Source of the DNA: a virus
Taxonomy: Duplodnaviria; Caudoviricetes
Virus record (IMG/VR): IMGVR_UViG_3300038318_000296
Coordinates: 1 to 33,252 of that record
Length of the DNA: 33,252 nt
Reading direction: 5' to 3' (one strand)
The notes under the pieces are model-generated. The model was not told where the DNA came from. It did not search any database and saw only the letters and a list, made by a program, of their open reading frames with translations. Of the stretch, positions 1 to 7,800 are shown one piece after another. Each line of letters begins with the position of its first letter. The stretch's first letter is position 1. Both the position numbers and the translations under genes were made by a program.

Positions 1-56
1 GGCAATTATTTCCTAAGCTACTGTTATTCATTCAACCAACTATTAGATATTAACAA
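1..56. repeat. Terminal direct repeat (copy 1), circular assembly overlap
   Basis: Bases 1-56 are identical to 33197-33252, and the reading frame of the 31919 ORF continues across the junction. Confidence 0.9.
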
Positions 57-435
57 TGTTACGAGTATAGGCAGTCAGTTCCTAAGCTACTGTTATTCAT
101 TCAACCAACCACTTGATATTAGCAATGTTACGAGTATAGGCAGTCAGTTCCTAAGCTACTGTTATTCATTCAACCAAAACATATCAATTCCAAGTAATTT
201 AACCAGCATAGGAACAAACTTTATGGAACGCTGTTATTCCTTATCAACTATAACTTACAATGCCACTGTTTTTCCAACAGATGACAACACACTCGCACAA
301 AATCAAAACTCTAAAACATCTACTAATGGTGCTGGAATTCTAGTTTTTGGAACACAAAGAGCAGGGCTTTTAATAGCATTGCCAGACAGAGCAACAGATC
401 CATATAGAAAATTGATTGATGGGGGTGCAGACTAA
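1..435 (+). CDS. C-terminal part of the LRR tail-fibre/receptor-binding protein (continues from 31919 across the origin)
   Basis: Frame 1 is open from base 1 (GNYFLSYCYSFNQLLDINNVTSIG...) to TAA at 433-435 and includes the listed 223..435 ORF. Confidence 0.85.
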   Translation, partial: GNYFLSYCYSFNQLLDINNVTSIGSQFLSYCYSFNQPLDISNVTSIGSQFLSYCYSFNQNISIPSNLTSIGTNFMERCYSLSTITYNATVFPTDDNTLAQNQNSKTSTNGAGILVFGTQRAGLLIALPDRATDPYRKLIDGGAD

Positions 436-641
436 TGATTATAAAAGAAACTATAAAGATTTTAGACCATACAATTTATAAAAATCATAGTGATAATGGT
501 GTATATATAAGAAATAAGACAAACGGAACTCTTTGGACCGCTGTAAATTCTTCGATAGATTATGATTATGAAGAAACTGACAAACCGATAGAGGAGAGAG
601 AAAATGATACAACTAACAGCACCGAAACACTACCAATATAG
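435..641 (+). CDS. Small hypothetical protein, possibly a tail-fibre accessory protein
   Basis: TAATG coupling to the LRR gene and a GGGGGTG RBS. Confidence 0.65.
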   Translation: MIIKETIKILDHTIYKNHSDNGVYIRNKTNGTLWTAVNSSIDYDYEETDKPIEERENDTTNSTETLPI

Positions 642-882
642 GCATATAGCGACAAATCAGATTATAGGCAAGACACTATATTTTTGCGATTGGGCGGATT
701 ATGCGAAGTACGAACTTGTTTATTGCAATAAATATTTGAAAAGCGGTATTTTAAAAAAAGCAATTAGTTTGACAAATCCACAAAAATATGGTATATGGAA
801 TTTAAGGAGTAAAATTATGAATATTGATTTAGAAAAAATTAAAGCAGAGCAACAAGAAGAAATTGTTGAAATTAAGGAGTAA
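604..882 (+). CDS. Hypothetical protein, probably chimeric (internal RBS and ATG at 817)
   Basis: GAGGAG RBS upstream; contains a promoter-like segment and a second AAGGAG RBS/ATG in the same frame. Confidence 0.45.
   Translation: MIQLTAPKHYQYRHIATNQIIGKTLYFCDWADYAKYELVYCNKYLKSGILKKAISLTNPQKYGIWNLRSKIMNIDLEKIKAEQQEEIVEIKE
769..797 (+). promoter_or_regulatory. Possible sigmaA promoter
   Basis: TTGACA (769-774), 17 bp spacer, TG-n-TATATG (792-797). Confidence 0.45.
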
Positions 883-885
883 AAA

Positions 886-1803
886 ATGGCACTTATAGGA
901 ATAACTTGTAATAATAATGACACAGTCGACACGCCAAGTAAAATTGGCAGAACGCCACCATTTATAGACGCAATAGTTAAGGCGTTTAGTTTTGTGGAAG
1001 ATACGGGCATTTTTGATTATGCAGACGATTGCTCTATAACAATACCGATTGACTATGTTAGTGCGGTTGGTTATGGCAGAGTAACTTTTAACGAGGGTTT
1101 TGGATTTATCAAAGGACGGGCATTTTATATCGAGCAAGGCACAACACTTGATATTCCGCTAACAACAACAACGGGCGGAAGCATTGGCGTTAAAGTTGAC
1201 TTAACAAAAAGTGCTGGGCTGGAATTTGCATTTTATAGCAAAACAACGCAGACACTGACACAAGACGACTTAATTGAAAATAGAGCAACGGGTGTTTATG
1301 AATTTGAGATTTATAAATACACTTGTGCCGATAATGTGATAACTTTGGGAGCACAGGCAACTTTGCGAACAATTAAGTTAAAAGATTATTTAAACGGAGC
1401 GAATTTTATCACACAACCTTTGGGAGATGATACTAAAAAAATCGCCACAACGGAATTTGTGCAAAACGGATTAGATGACATTATAAATATAAAGCAAGGC
1501 AACATTATGTTTGGCAGTGATGTTGTCGGAACTGTTTATCGCCAAGTTAATTTTGTTTATGGTAAAATATCAAATTGGGATAGGGACGATTTATTTCAAA
1601 CTTTTACAATACCAGTGGGGTTTAGACCCAAAACAAAAACTAGATGTGGTTATGATATAAGTTATGCTATTGCATTTGCAATAGCAGGTGGCACTTCTCC
1701 TGTTTGTTATGTAAATACAAACGGAAATATTGAATTTGATAACAGGACTGCTTTCGGGAATACTAAATTGCGTGGTATATATTTTGGCTATGAAATAACA
1801 TAA
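886..1803 (+). CDS. Baseplate / tail-fibre-like structural protein
   Basis: AAGGAG RBS; baseplate-like N-terminus; tail-fibre motif TQPLGDDTKKIATTEFVQ; beta-rich C-terminal head (TIPVGFRP). Confidence 0.7.
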   Translation: MALIGITCNNNDTVDTPSKIGRTPPFIDAIVKAFSFVEDTGIFDYADDCSITIPIDYVSAVGYGRVTFNEGFGFIKGRAFYIEQGTTLDIPLTTTTGGSIGVKVDLTKSAGLEFAFYSKTTQTLTQDDLIENRATGVYEFEIYKYTCADNVITLGAQATLRTIKLKDYLNGANFITQPLGDDTKKIATTEFVQNGLDDIINIKQGNIMFGSDVVGTVYRQVNFVYGKISNWDRDDLFQTFTIPVGFRPKTKTRCGYDISYAIAFAIAGGTSPVCYVNTNGNIEFDNRTAFGNTKLRGIYFGYEIT

Positions 1804-1819
1804 TGTTTCACGTGAAACA
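1804..1819. promoter_or_regulatory. parS: parS centromere-like site (Spo0J/ParB binding)
   Basis: Perfect 16-bp palindrome TGTTTCACGTGAAACA matching the Bacillus-type consensus TGTTNCACGTGAAACA; intergenic. Confidence 0.85.
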
Positions 1820-1833
1820 ATAGGAGAGAGAAA

Positions 1834-2382
1834 ATGAACGAAGATTTAGACGAAGTTCAAGCACAAATAGATAAGAAAAAAATGGAAATGCAAACTACTA
1901 ACATTTTTGATAGAAAAAAAGCAGTTGCTATTGTTGAAGAAAAACCTAAAAACGAGAGTGATGAACTTGTCAATAATATGTTTACGGAAGCGGTTAAATA
2001 TGAAGTCGCAAATAATGAAGAATTGCAAGATGAAGTGTTAGACACGGCAAAGCAATTTACAAAAACAAAAATGCAGATAATAAAAACCGATGTTGATACG
2101 GAACACAAAGAAGCGGTATTTAACAATCGAAAAGACGCTTGCGAAAGTTATGGTTTTAGCGAAAAAACAACACCAACTTGGGCGACAAAAGCAATGACTT
2201 GGGGTTATAATGTAATGCTTGCGATTTGGTTGTTTATTGGTACATTCACTTTTATGCCAGTTATTTTTATAGCAAAGAAAATATCGGTTGGATTAAAAAA
2301 CACTTGGCTTGCAGTTTTATTTGCATTATTATTGTATGTAGGTATAACTTTTGGAATACCATTATTATTAACATTATTATAG
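1834..2382 (+). CDS. Membrane protein with two C-terminal TM helices (holin/lysis candidate)
   Basis: AGGAG RBS; charged N-terminus followed by two hydrophobic stretches; located after the tail genes. Confidence 0.6.
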   Translation: MNEDLDEVQAQIDKKKMEMQTTNIFDRKKAVAIVEEKPKNESDELVNNMFTEAVKYEVANNEELQDEVLDTAKQFTKTKMQIIKTDVDTEHKEAVFNNRKDACESYGFSEKTTPTWATKAMTWGYNVMLAIWLFIGTFTFMPVIFIAKKISVGLKNTWLAVLFALLLYVGITFGIPLLLTLL

Positions 2383-2400
2383 TAATCCCACAATTTATTT

Positions 2401-2432
2401 TGTGTTATTATATATAGACCGTTGGGAAACGG
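2401..2432 (+). promoter_or_regulatory. Extended -10 promoter-like element followed by a GNRA hairpin
   Basis: TGTGTTATTAT, then CCGTT-GGGA-AACGG at 2419-2432. Confidence 0.35.
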
Positions 2433-2464
2433 ACATAAAAAATCTAAAAAAGGAGGATTTCAAA

Positions 2465-2773
2465 ATGGAAAGAATTGCATTAGAAAACTATGAAGCAGAA
2501 TTTAATTTTGTAAAATCACAATTAGATAATTTGCAAATAGAAATTAATAAAGAGAAAGAAAATATTGTTTCTAAATTTGAAATTGCTAAAAATGAAGAAC
2601 TTGCGATAGTTGATGCTAAATTTGCAGACAGAACTACAAAACTAAATAATATGTTTTTGGAAGTTTCAACAGAAGCAGAAATAGAAGAAATTGTTGAAGC
2701 AACAGAAGAAGTTGAAGAAAATGTTATTGAAGAAGTAGCCCAAGAACAAACCGAAGTGTTTCAAGGGGAATAA
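2465..2773 (+). CDS. Acidic coiled-coil hypothetical protein
   Basis: AAGGAGG RBS supports ATG 2465 rather than 2402; Glu-rich. Confidence 0.7.
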   Translation: MERIALENYEAEFNFVKSQLDNLQIEINKEKENIVSKFEIAKNEELAIVDAKFADRTTKLNNMFLEVSTEAEIEEIVEATEEVEENVIEEVAQEQTEVFQGE

Positions 2774-2774
2774 A

Positions 2775-3482
2775 ATGGCAAATATGGAAAAACAATCAAT
2801 TGTAAAAAAATTCCTTTTTTCAGGTGGCAGTTGGGCATTATTTACAATGTTTGTTTGGGAACTACTGGAAGAAACATTCGAAAGTTTACTTGCTTATGCT
2901 TTGTCTAGTGCAGTTGCCATTTTTGTTACAAAAGTATTATCAACCCTTGCCATAATAACCGCGACGCAAGGATTAAAAGTAATTATAAAGCGGTTTTTAT
3001 ACCCTTTAATTAAAAATTTTATAAAGGAGAGAAATATAAAAATGAAATGGTTAAAAAATGTTTTCAAGTTTTTGTGGGCAAATAAAATAACAATTTGTTC
3101 AATGATTATAGGCGGAGTTGCTGGTTATTTTGGTGCTTATTATCTAGCAATAACTTATCTAATGGCTGATATGTTTGCAATTTATTTTATTTCTGGCGGA
3201 ACGGCATTAATCTGTGCGTTACTGTCAATTTATTTGGGCGGAGAAACTATTGCAGAATATGTTAAACGGATTGCAATAGCAAAACTTAGTAAAGAAGACC
3301 AAGCGAAAATAAACAATGTAATCAACACAACATTAAATGCAGTTGAACTTGCCAAACTTGAATTAGAAAAATTTGAAAAAGCTAAACTTGAAGCAAAAGC
3401 AGACCTTTTGGCAAAGCAAGAAAATGAAATTGAAAATCTTGCAAAACAGAAAATATTAGCAGAAAATAACCCAGAAAATTAA
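2775..3482 (+). CDS. Multi-TM membrane protein (holin-like), with a possible internal start at 3042
   Basis: Several hydrophobic helices and a coiled-coil C-terminus; internal AAGGAG RBS before in-frame ATG 3042. Confidence 0.6.
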   Translation: MANMEKQSIVKKFLFSGGSWALFTMFVWELLEETFESLLAYALSSAVAIFVTKVLSTLAIITATQGLKVIIKRFLYPLIKNFIKERNIKMKWLKNVFKFLWANKITICSMIIGGVAGYFGAYYLAITYLMADMFAIYFISGGTALICALLSIYLGGETIAEYVKRIAIAKLSKEDQAKINNVINTTLNAVELAKLELEKFEKAKLEAKADLLAKQENEIENLAKQKILAENNPEN

Positions 3483-3485
3483 CAA

Positions 3486-3501
3486 TGTTTCACTTAGAAC
3501 A
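3486..3501. promoter_or_regulatory. Degenerate parS-like site
   Basis: TGTTTCACTTAGAACA matches the 1804 palindrome at 13/16 and is likewise intergenic just after a stop codon. Confidence 0.45.
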
Positions 3502-3516
3502 AAATAAGGAAAGCAT

Positions 3517-3669
3517 ATGGGATATAATTTATATTCTTTAACCGAAAATCAATTATTAGATTTATGTAAAGAAAAATTATTTGATAGAAAAAGCACTGAA
3601 ATAGTTATTAAAAAAATTATTTATGATGAAGATGCAAAACCTTTCAAAGTCGCTAAATACTTTTTATAA
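3517..3669 (+). CDS. 50-aa hypothetical protein (not in ORF track)
   Basis: TAAGGA RBS; MGYNLYSLTENQLLDLCKEKLFDRKSTEIVIKKIIYDEDAKPFKVAKYFL. Confidence 0.55.
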   Translation: MGYNLYSLTENQLLDLCKEKLFDRKSTEIVIKKIIYDEDAKPFKVAKYFL

Positions 3670-3675
3670 ATATAT

Positions 3676-3702
3676 AAGAGAGTTTAATCGCTCTCTTTTT
3701 TT
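3676..3702 (+). terminator. Rho-independent terminator ending the late operon
   Basis: AAGAGAG-loop-CTCTCTT hairpin followed by a T run. Confidence 0.75.
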
Positions 3703-3735
3703 ATTAAAAAAATAAAAAGAAATTTTTAAAAAGTG

Positions 3736-3764
3736 TTGACAAATGATTTTATATGATTTATAAT
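3736..3764 (+). promoter_or_regulatory. Consensus sigmaA promoter (early P1)
   Basis: TTGACA-17 bp-TATAAT with upstream A-tracts. Confidence 0.85.
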
Positions 3765-3786
3765 GAATATGTAAAAGGGGGGAAAA

Positions 3787-3975
3787 ATGGAAAATATGAT
3801 TGACAAAAACAAAGTTTGTGAAGAGTTAAAAATATCGAAACAAACGCTTGAAAGGTATATGCGAAATGGCAAAATACCATACTTCAAGTTTGGCAGTTCA
3901 AAAAATAGCAAAGTGCTATTCAAGGAACAAGACATAATTGAGTATGTCCAAAATTATTATAAAAAGGGAGAATAA
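3787..3975 (+). CDS. Excisionase-like/MerR-type HTH DNA-binding protein
   Basis: VCEELKISKQTLERYMRNGKIPYFK pattern typical of HTH_17. Confidence 0.75.
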   Translation: MENMIDKNKVCEELKISKQTLERYMRNGKIPYFKFGSSKNSKVLFKEQDIIEYVQNYYKKGE

Positions 3976-3977
3976 AA

Positions 3978-4508
3978 ATGGAAGAAAGAATATTAAAAAC
4001 CATTAACATAAAAGGTAAAGAATATGTAATGGTTAATGAAAGAATTAAAGAATTTAGATTAAATGAAAAATACAAAAATTTTGCACTAATTAGCGAAATT
4101 GTAAAACTAACTGATGATGAGGTTGTCATTAAAGCAATAGTATATGATGAGAACGGATTACAAAAAGCAACTGGGTTGGCACACGAAATTCAAGGTTCAA
4201 GTATGATTAACAAAACAAGTTTTATTGAAAATTGTGAAACTTCTGCTTGGGGGCGTGCTTTGGGAAATCTTGGAATTGGCGTTGATAATAGCATAGCAAG
4301 TTTTGAGGAAGTTGATACGGCGATTAAAAAACAAAATCTAAAAATAACCGAAGACCAAAAGCAAAAATTGACACAATATAAAGTTGATTTGGAAGAAGTT
4401 AGAAAATATTTCAAAGCAAACACTATTGACGATATCTTAATGGTAGACGCCCAAAGAATAATAACCAAAAAGCAATATGAAAATTTGCCTGAAATTAAAG
4501 TTGAATAG
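3978..4508 (+). CDS. Single-strand annealing protein (Rad52/Sak-like)
   Basis: Motifs IKGKEYVMVNERI and SFIENCETSAWGRAL; lies in the recombination module. Confidence 0.65.
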   Translation: MEERILKTINIKGKEYVMVNERIKEFRLNEKYKNFALISEIVKLTDDEVVIKAIVYDENGLQKATGLAHEIQGSSMINKTSFIENCETSAWGRALGNLGIGVDNSIASFEEVDTAIKKQNLKITEDQKQKLTQYKVDLEEVRKYFKANTIDDILMVDAQRIITKKQYENLPEIKVE

Positions 4509-4516
4509 GTATAAAA

Positions 4517-5035
4517 ATGGAAAAAACAACAACACACATTAAGCGAGCAGAAGATACTATCAAAATTCAAGCACAATTGGTGGCTCTTTTGCCCGAATTG
4601 GCAAAGGGTGGAACATTCGATTGCACGATTGAAAAACACCGCGAGAAACGTAGTTTAGACGCAAATGCTTATTTTCACTTATTAATTGATAAAATGGCAA
4701 AAGTGCTTAAATGTGGTACAACTGAACTTAAAATTAAAATGAATTTAGAATATGGCAGTCCTGCATTAATGTCAAATGGTATGAAATTTGCTATTAAAGT
4801 TCCAAAAGGCGAAGATATAACAAGATTTTATAATTATGCAAAATGGTATGGAGAAGCAACTGAAAATGGGGTTGTATTAGATAAATATATGTTATATAAA
4901 CCAACACATACATTAAACAGTAAAGAGATGGCATTTTTGATTGATAGAGTTATTGATGAAGCGAAAGGTTTAGGCATACAAACATTAGATGAACAAGAAC
5001 TTGATAACTTAATAAAAAATTATGGTGTAAAATAG
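4517..5035 (+). CDS. NinB/Orf-like recombination protein
   Basis: KRSLDANAYFHLL and THTLNSKEMAFLIDRVIDEAKGLGIQT motifs. Confidence 0.65.
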   Translation: MEKTTTHIKRAEDTIKIQAQLVALLPELAKGGTFDCTIEKHREKRSLDANAYFHLLIDKMAKVLKCGTTELKIKMNLEYGSPALMSNGMKFAIKVPKGEDITRFYNYAKWYGEATENGVVLDKYMLYKPTHTLNSKEMAFLIDRVIDEAKGLGIQTLDEQELDNLIKNYGVK

Positions 5036-5064
5036 TTGACAAGAACTTTCGCTTTTTATATAAT
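5036..5064 (+). promoter_or_regulatory. Consensus sigmaA promoter for the HNH gene
   Basis: TTGACA-17 bp-TATAAT. Confidence 0.8.
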
Positions 5065-5087
5065 ATAAAGTATAAAAGGAGAAAGTT

Positions 5088-5759
5088 ATGAAAAATTTAA
5101 TTGGATTAAAATTTGGAAAATTGCTTGTTTTAGAAAGGGTTGATGATTACATTAGACCAAATGACCACAAAGGAAGACCTAGATATAAATGTTTATGTGA
5201 ATGTGGCAAGATAACATATGTTATTGGCTCATCATTAACTTATGGTATTACAAAAAGTTGTGGTTGTAATATGGGAAAAAATTTATTAAAACACGGATTT
5301 TCTCGTAAAGAAAAATTATATAATGTTTGGAAAAATATAAAAGCAAGATGTAAAAATAATAAGTATTATGGTGGTCGTGGGATAAAAATTTGCGATGAAT
5401 GGAAAAACAATTATACAGTGTTTAGAAATTGGGCAATAAATAATGGATATAATGAAAATTTAACTATTGACAGAATAGATGTAAATGGTGATTATGAGCC
5501 AAATAATTGTAGGTGGGTTAATAATTTTATTCAAGCAAATAATAAAAGAAATAATGTTTATTTAACTTATAAAAATGAAACAAAAACAGTTCATCAATGG
5601 GAAGAAATAGTAGGCATTAAAGCAACTACTATTAAAAGAAGATTGCGACTAGGTTGGTCTGTTGAAAGAGCATTAAGAGAAAAATCATATATTGGTAAAA
5701 ATCAACATAGTAAGACACCAGACAAAATAGCAGAAATTAAAATCATTATGGGTAAATAA
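5088..5759 (+). CDS. HNH-type homing endonuclease
   Basis: GLKFGKLLV, CLCECG, SCGC, YGGRGIKICDEW and LTIDRIDVNGDYEPNNCRW motifs. Confidence 0.8.
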   Translation: MKNLIGLKFGKLLVLERVDDYIRPNDHKGRPRYKCLCECGKITYVIGSSLTYGITKSCGCNMGKNLLKHGFSRKEKLYNVWKNIKARCKNNKYYGGRGIKICDEWKNNYTVFRNWAINNGYNENLTIDRIDVNGDYEPNNCRWVNNFIQANNKRNNVYLTYKNETKTVHQWEEIVGIKATTIKRRLRLGWSVERALREKSYIGKNQHSKTPDKIAEIKIIMGK

Positions 5760-6040
5760 TGAAAAGCATATTACAAAAAAATAGAGAATGCTTTATAACG
5801 GGTTGCACTTCTGCACTTCACAAACACCATATATTTTTTGGCACTAGCAATAGAAAAAACAGCGAAAAATATGGATTGTGGGTATATCTAATACCAGAAC
5901 TCCACAATACAACTAATAACGGAGTGCATTTTAACAAAGAATTAGATTTGCTTTGTAAGCGAGCAGGGCAACTTGCTTTCGAACGAGTTCACGGAACACG
6001 AGAAGAGTTTTTAAAAATATTTGGGAGGAATTATCTATGA
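5759..6040 (+). CDS. Ref-like / HNH-like small nuclease
   Basis: ECFITG..LHKHHIFFG..R..SEKYGLWVYL..ELH pattern. Confidence 0.6.
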   Translation: MKSILQKNRECFITGCTSALHKHHIFFGTSNRKNSEKYGLWVYLIPELHNTTNNGVHFNKELDLLCKRAGQLAFERVHGTREEFLKIFGRNYL

Positions 6041-6606
6041 ATTTTAGACAAATAAAAGCAATAGAAAAAAGAAACAAAGAACGAATTTTAAAAGTTTGTC
6101 CTAGCATAAATGAAAATTGTGGAATTTATATTTTAACACGAGAAGATAGCGGATTAAAATATGCATATATTGGCCAGGCAAAACACTTGTTGACAAGATT
6201 AGCACAACATTGTAGCGGATATCAACACATTGATTTATCAATAAAAACTCACGGATTTTATAGTTTAGAAAATAAAACAGGTTGGAAAATTGATTTTATT
6301 GAGTGTTTTGATTTAGATAATGAAGAACAAAGACTTATACTATACTATGCGGATTTGGGGTATCAGTTGCGTAATAAGACTGCTGGTGGACAATCTACTG
6401 GGAAAGTTGTAATTGATGAAATTAGGGCAAAAAAAGGCTATCAAAACGGGCTTCAACAAGGTTATTTGAATGCACAAAAGAAAATTGCAAAATTATTTGA
6501 TAAAAACCTTGTATTTGCAATTAATGGAAAAACAAATAAAAACAAAGAAAAGGCATTTGAAAAATTTAAAGAATTTATAAATATTAAGGAGAATAGAAAT
6601 GATTGA
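6037..6606 (+). CDS. GIY-YIG nuclease family protein
   Basis: GIYILTR...YAYIGQAKHLLTRLAQH. Confidence 0.7.
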   Translation: MNFRQIKAIEKRNKERILKVCPSINENCGIYILTREDSGLKYAYIGQAKHLLTRLAQHCSGYQHIDLSIKTHGFYSLENKTGWKIDFIECFDLDNEEQRLILYYADLGYQLRNKTAGGQSTGKVVIDEIRAKKGYQNGLQQGYLNAQKKIAKLFDKNLVFAINGKTNKNKEKAFEKFKEFINIKENRND

Positions 6607-6838
6607 AAACAACAAACGCCCAAGTCAATGCGAACGAATTATAAAATATCTTAACGAATTTGGGAGCATAACACAACTTGAAGCATTGCAAGATTTAGGC
6701 ATTATGAGGTTGGCAAGCAGAATTAGCGAAATACGGAAAAATGGAGTTAATATTTGTGGAGATATAATTGAAGTTAAAAACAGATATGGCGAAATATGCC
6801 GAATAAAAAAATATAAATTAGGAGAAGAAAATGAATAA
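6599..6838 (+). CDS. Winged HTH protein
   Basis: SQCERIIKYL..GSITQLEA..LGIMRLASRISEIR. Confidence 0.7.
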   Translation: MIENNKRPSQCERIIKYLNEFGSITQLEALQDLGIMRLASRISEIRKNGVNICGDIIEVKNRYGEICRIKKYKLGEENE

Positions 6839-7106
6839 AATAGAAAAGTTATTACTTGAAAAAGATTTTAAACCGAATTTAAAGGGTTTTGACTACATTG
6901 TTGAGGCAATAGAACTTATACAGCAAGATAAAGAATATTTAAGGTCAATTACTAAGAAATTATATCCAACAATAGCAAATAACCATAATGACACTGTTTC
7001 AAGGGTTGAACGTGCAATAAGACACGCAATACAATGTGCCAAAATTGGAAACACAAACGCCGAATTTTTGGCAAGAACAATTATTGAATTAAAAGGAGAT
7101 ATATAA
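6831..7106 (+). CDS. Spo0A C-terminal (effector/DNA-binding) domain protein lacking the receiver domain
   Basis: LKGFDYIVEAI, ITKKLYPTIA and TVSRVERAIRHAI correspond to the Spo0A_C signature. Confidence 0.85.
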   Translation: MNKIEKLLLEKDFKPNLKGFDYIVEAIELIQQDKEYLRSITKKLYPTIANNHNDTVSRVERAIRHAIQCAKIGNTNAEFLARTIIELKGDI

Positions 7107-7107
7107 A

Positions 7108-7506
7108 ATGCAAAAATTTATATGTATAGGCAATTTAACAAAAGACCCCGATTTAACTACCACAACAAGTGGGTTAAGCGTGGCAAAATTTACGGTGGCT
7201 GTTCCAAGGAAATTTAAGAACGCACAAGGCGAGAAAGAAGTTGATTTCCTTAATGTTGTTGTTTGGCGAACTCTCGCAGATAACTGCGGTAAATACCTTA
7301 AAAAAGGCAGTAAATGTTGCGTTGTGGGACAAGTTCAAAACCGTTCATACGAAGCACAAGATGGAACTAAAAAATATATTACAGAAATTGTTGCCGAAGA
7401 AGTAGAATTTTTAAACACAAAAACAAGTGAAGAAAATTATACAAAAGGTAAAGTTGCTGAAACAACTAAAATTGAGCCTATTGATGATGATGCTCTTCCA
7501 TTCTAG
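7108..7506 (+). CDS. ssb: Single-stranded DNA-binding protein
   Basis: IGNLTKDP OB-fold start and acidic DDDALPF tail. Confidence 0.95.
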   Translation: MQKFICIGNLTKDPDLTTTTSGLSVAKFTVAVPRKFKNAQGEKEVDFLNVVVWRTLADNCGKYLKKGSKCCVVGQVQNRSYEAQDGTKKYITEIVAEEVEFLNTKTSEENYTKGKVAETTKIEPIDDDALPF

Positions 7507-7515
7507 GAGTATAAA

Positions 7516-7704
7516 ATGATAAAAGTAATAAAAAGAGAACAAGGTTATACTATTGTTAAATGCAATAATTGTGGAAAAGAGTTTGGAGTTAGTAGCATTA
7601 GGGGTTATGTTTATAAAAATACAAAAAACATCTTTTGCAGTTATTCGTGTTCGCAAGAATATAAAAAAAATAACAAAACTAGAAAATGTAATGTAATGAA
7701 TTAA
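7516..7704 (+). CDS. Small Zn-finger protein
   Basis: CNNC...FCSYSC; AGGAG RBS. Confidence 0.6.
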   Translation: MIKVIKREQGYTIVKCNNCGKEFGVSSIRGYVYKNTKNIFCSYSCSQEYKKNNKTRKCNVMN

Positions 7705-7743
7705 TAAATTATTACAAACAATTAAAAATGTTTTAAAATTTAA

Positions 7744-7772
7744 TTGACAAATAAAAAACAATGATTTATAAT
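7744..7772 (+). promoter_or_regulatory. Consensus sigmaA promoter of the replication operon
   Basis: TTGACA-17 bp-TATAAT. Confidence 0.85.
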
Positions 7773-7800
7773 TACAGAGTACAAAAGTAAAGTACAGTGT

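Noticed and set aside
3787-3975. Excisionase implying an integration module
   Set aside because: No tyrosine or serine recombinase or att-like context was recognised; more likely a general HTH regulator.
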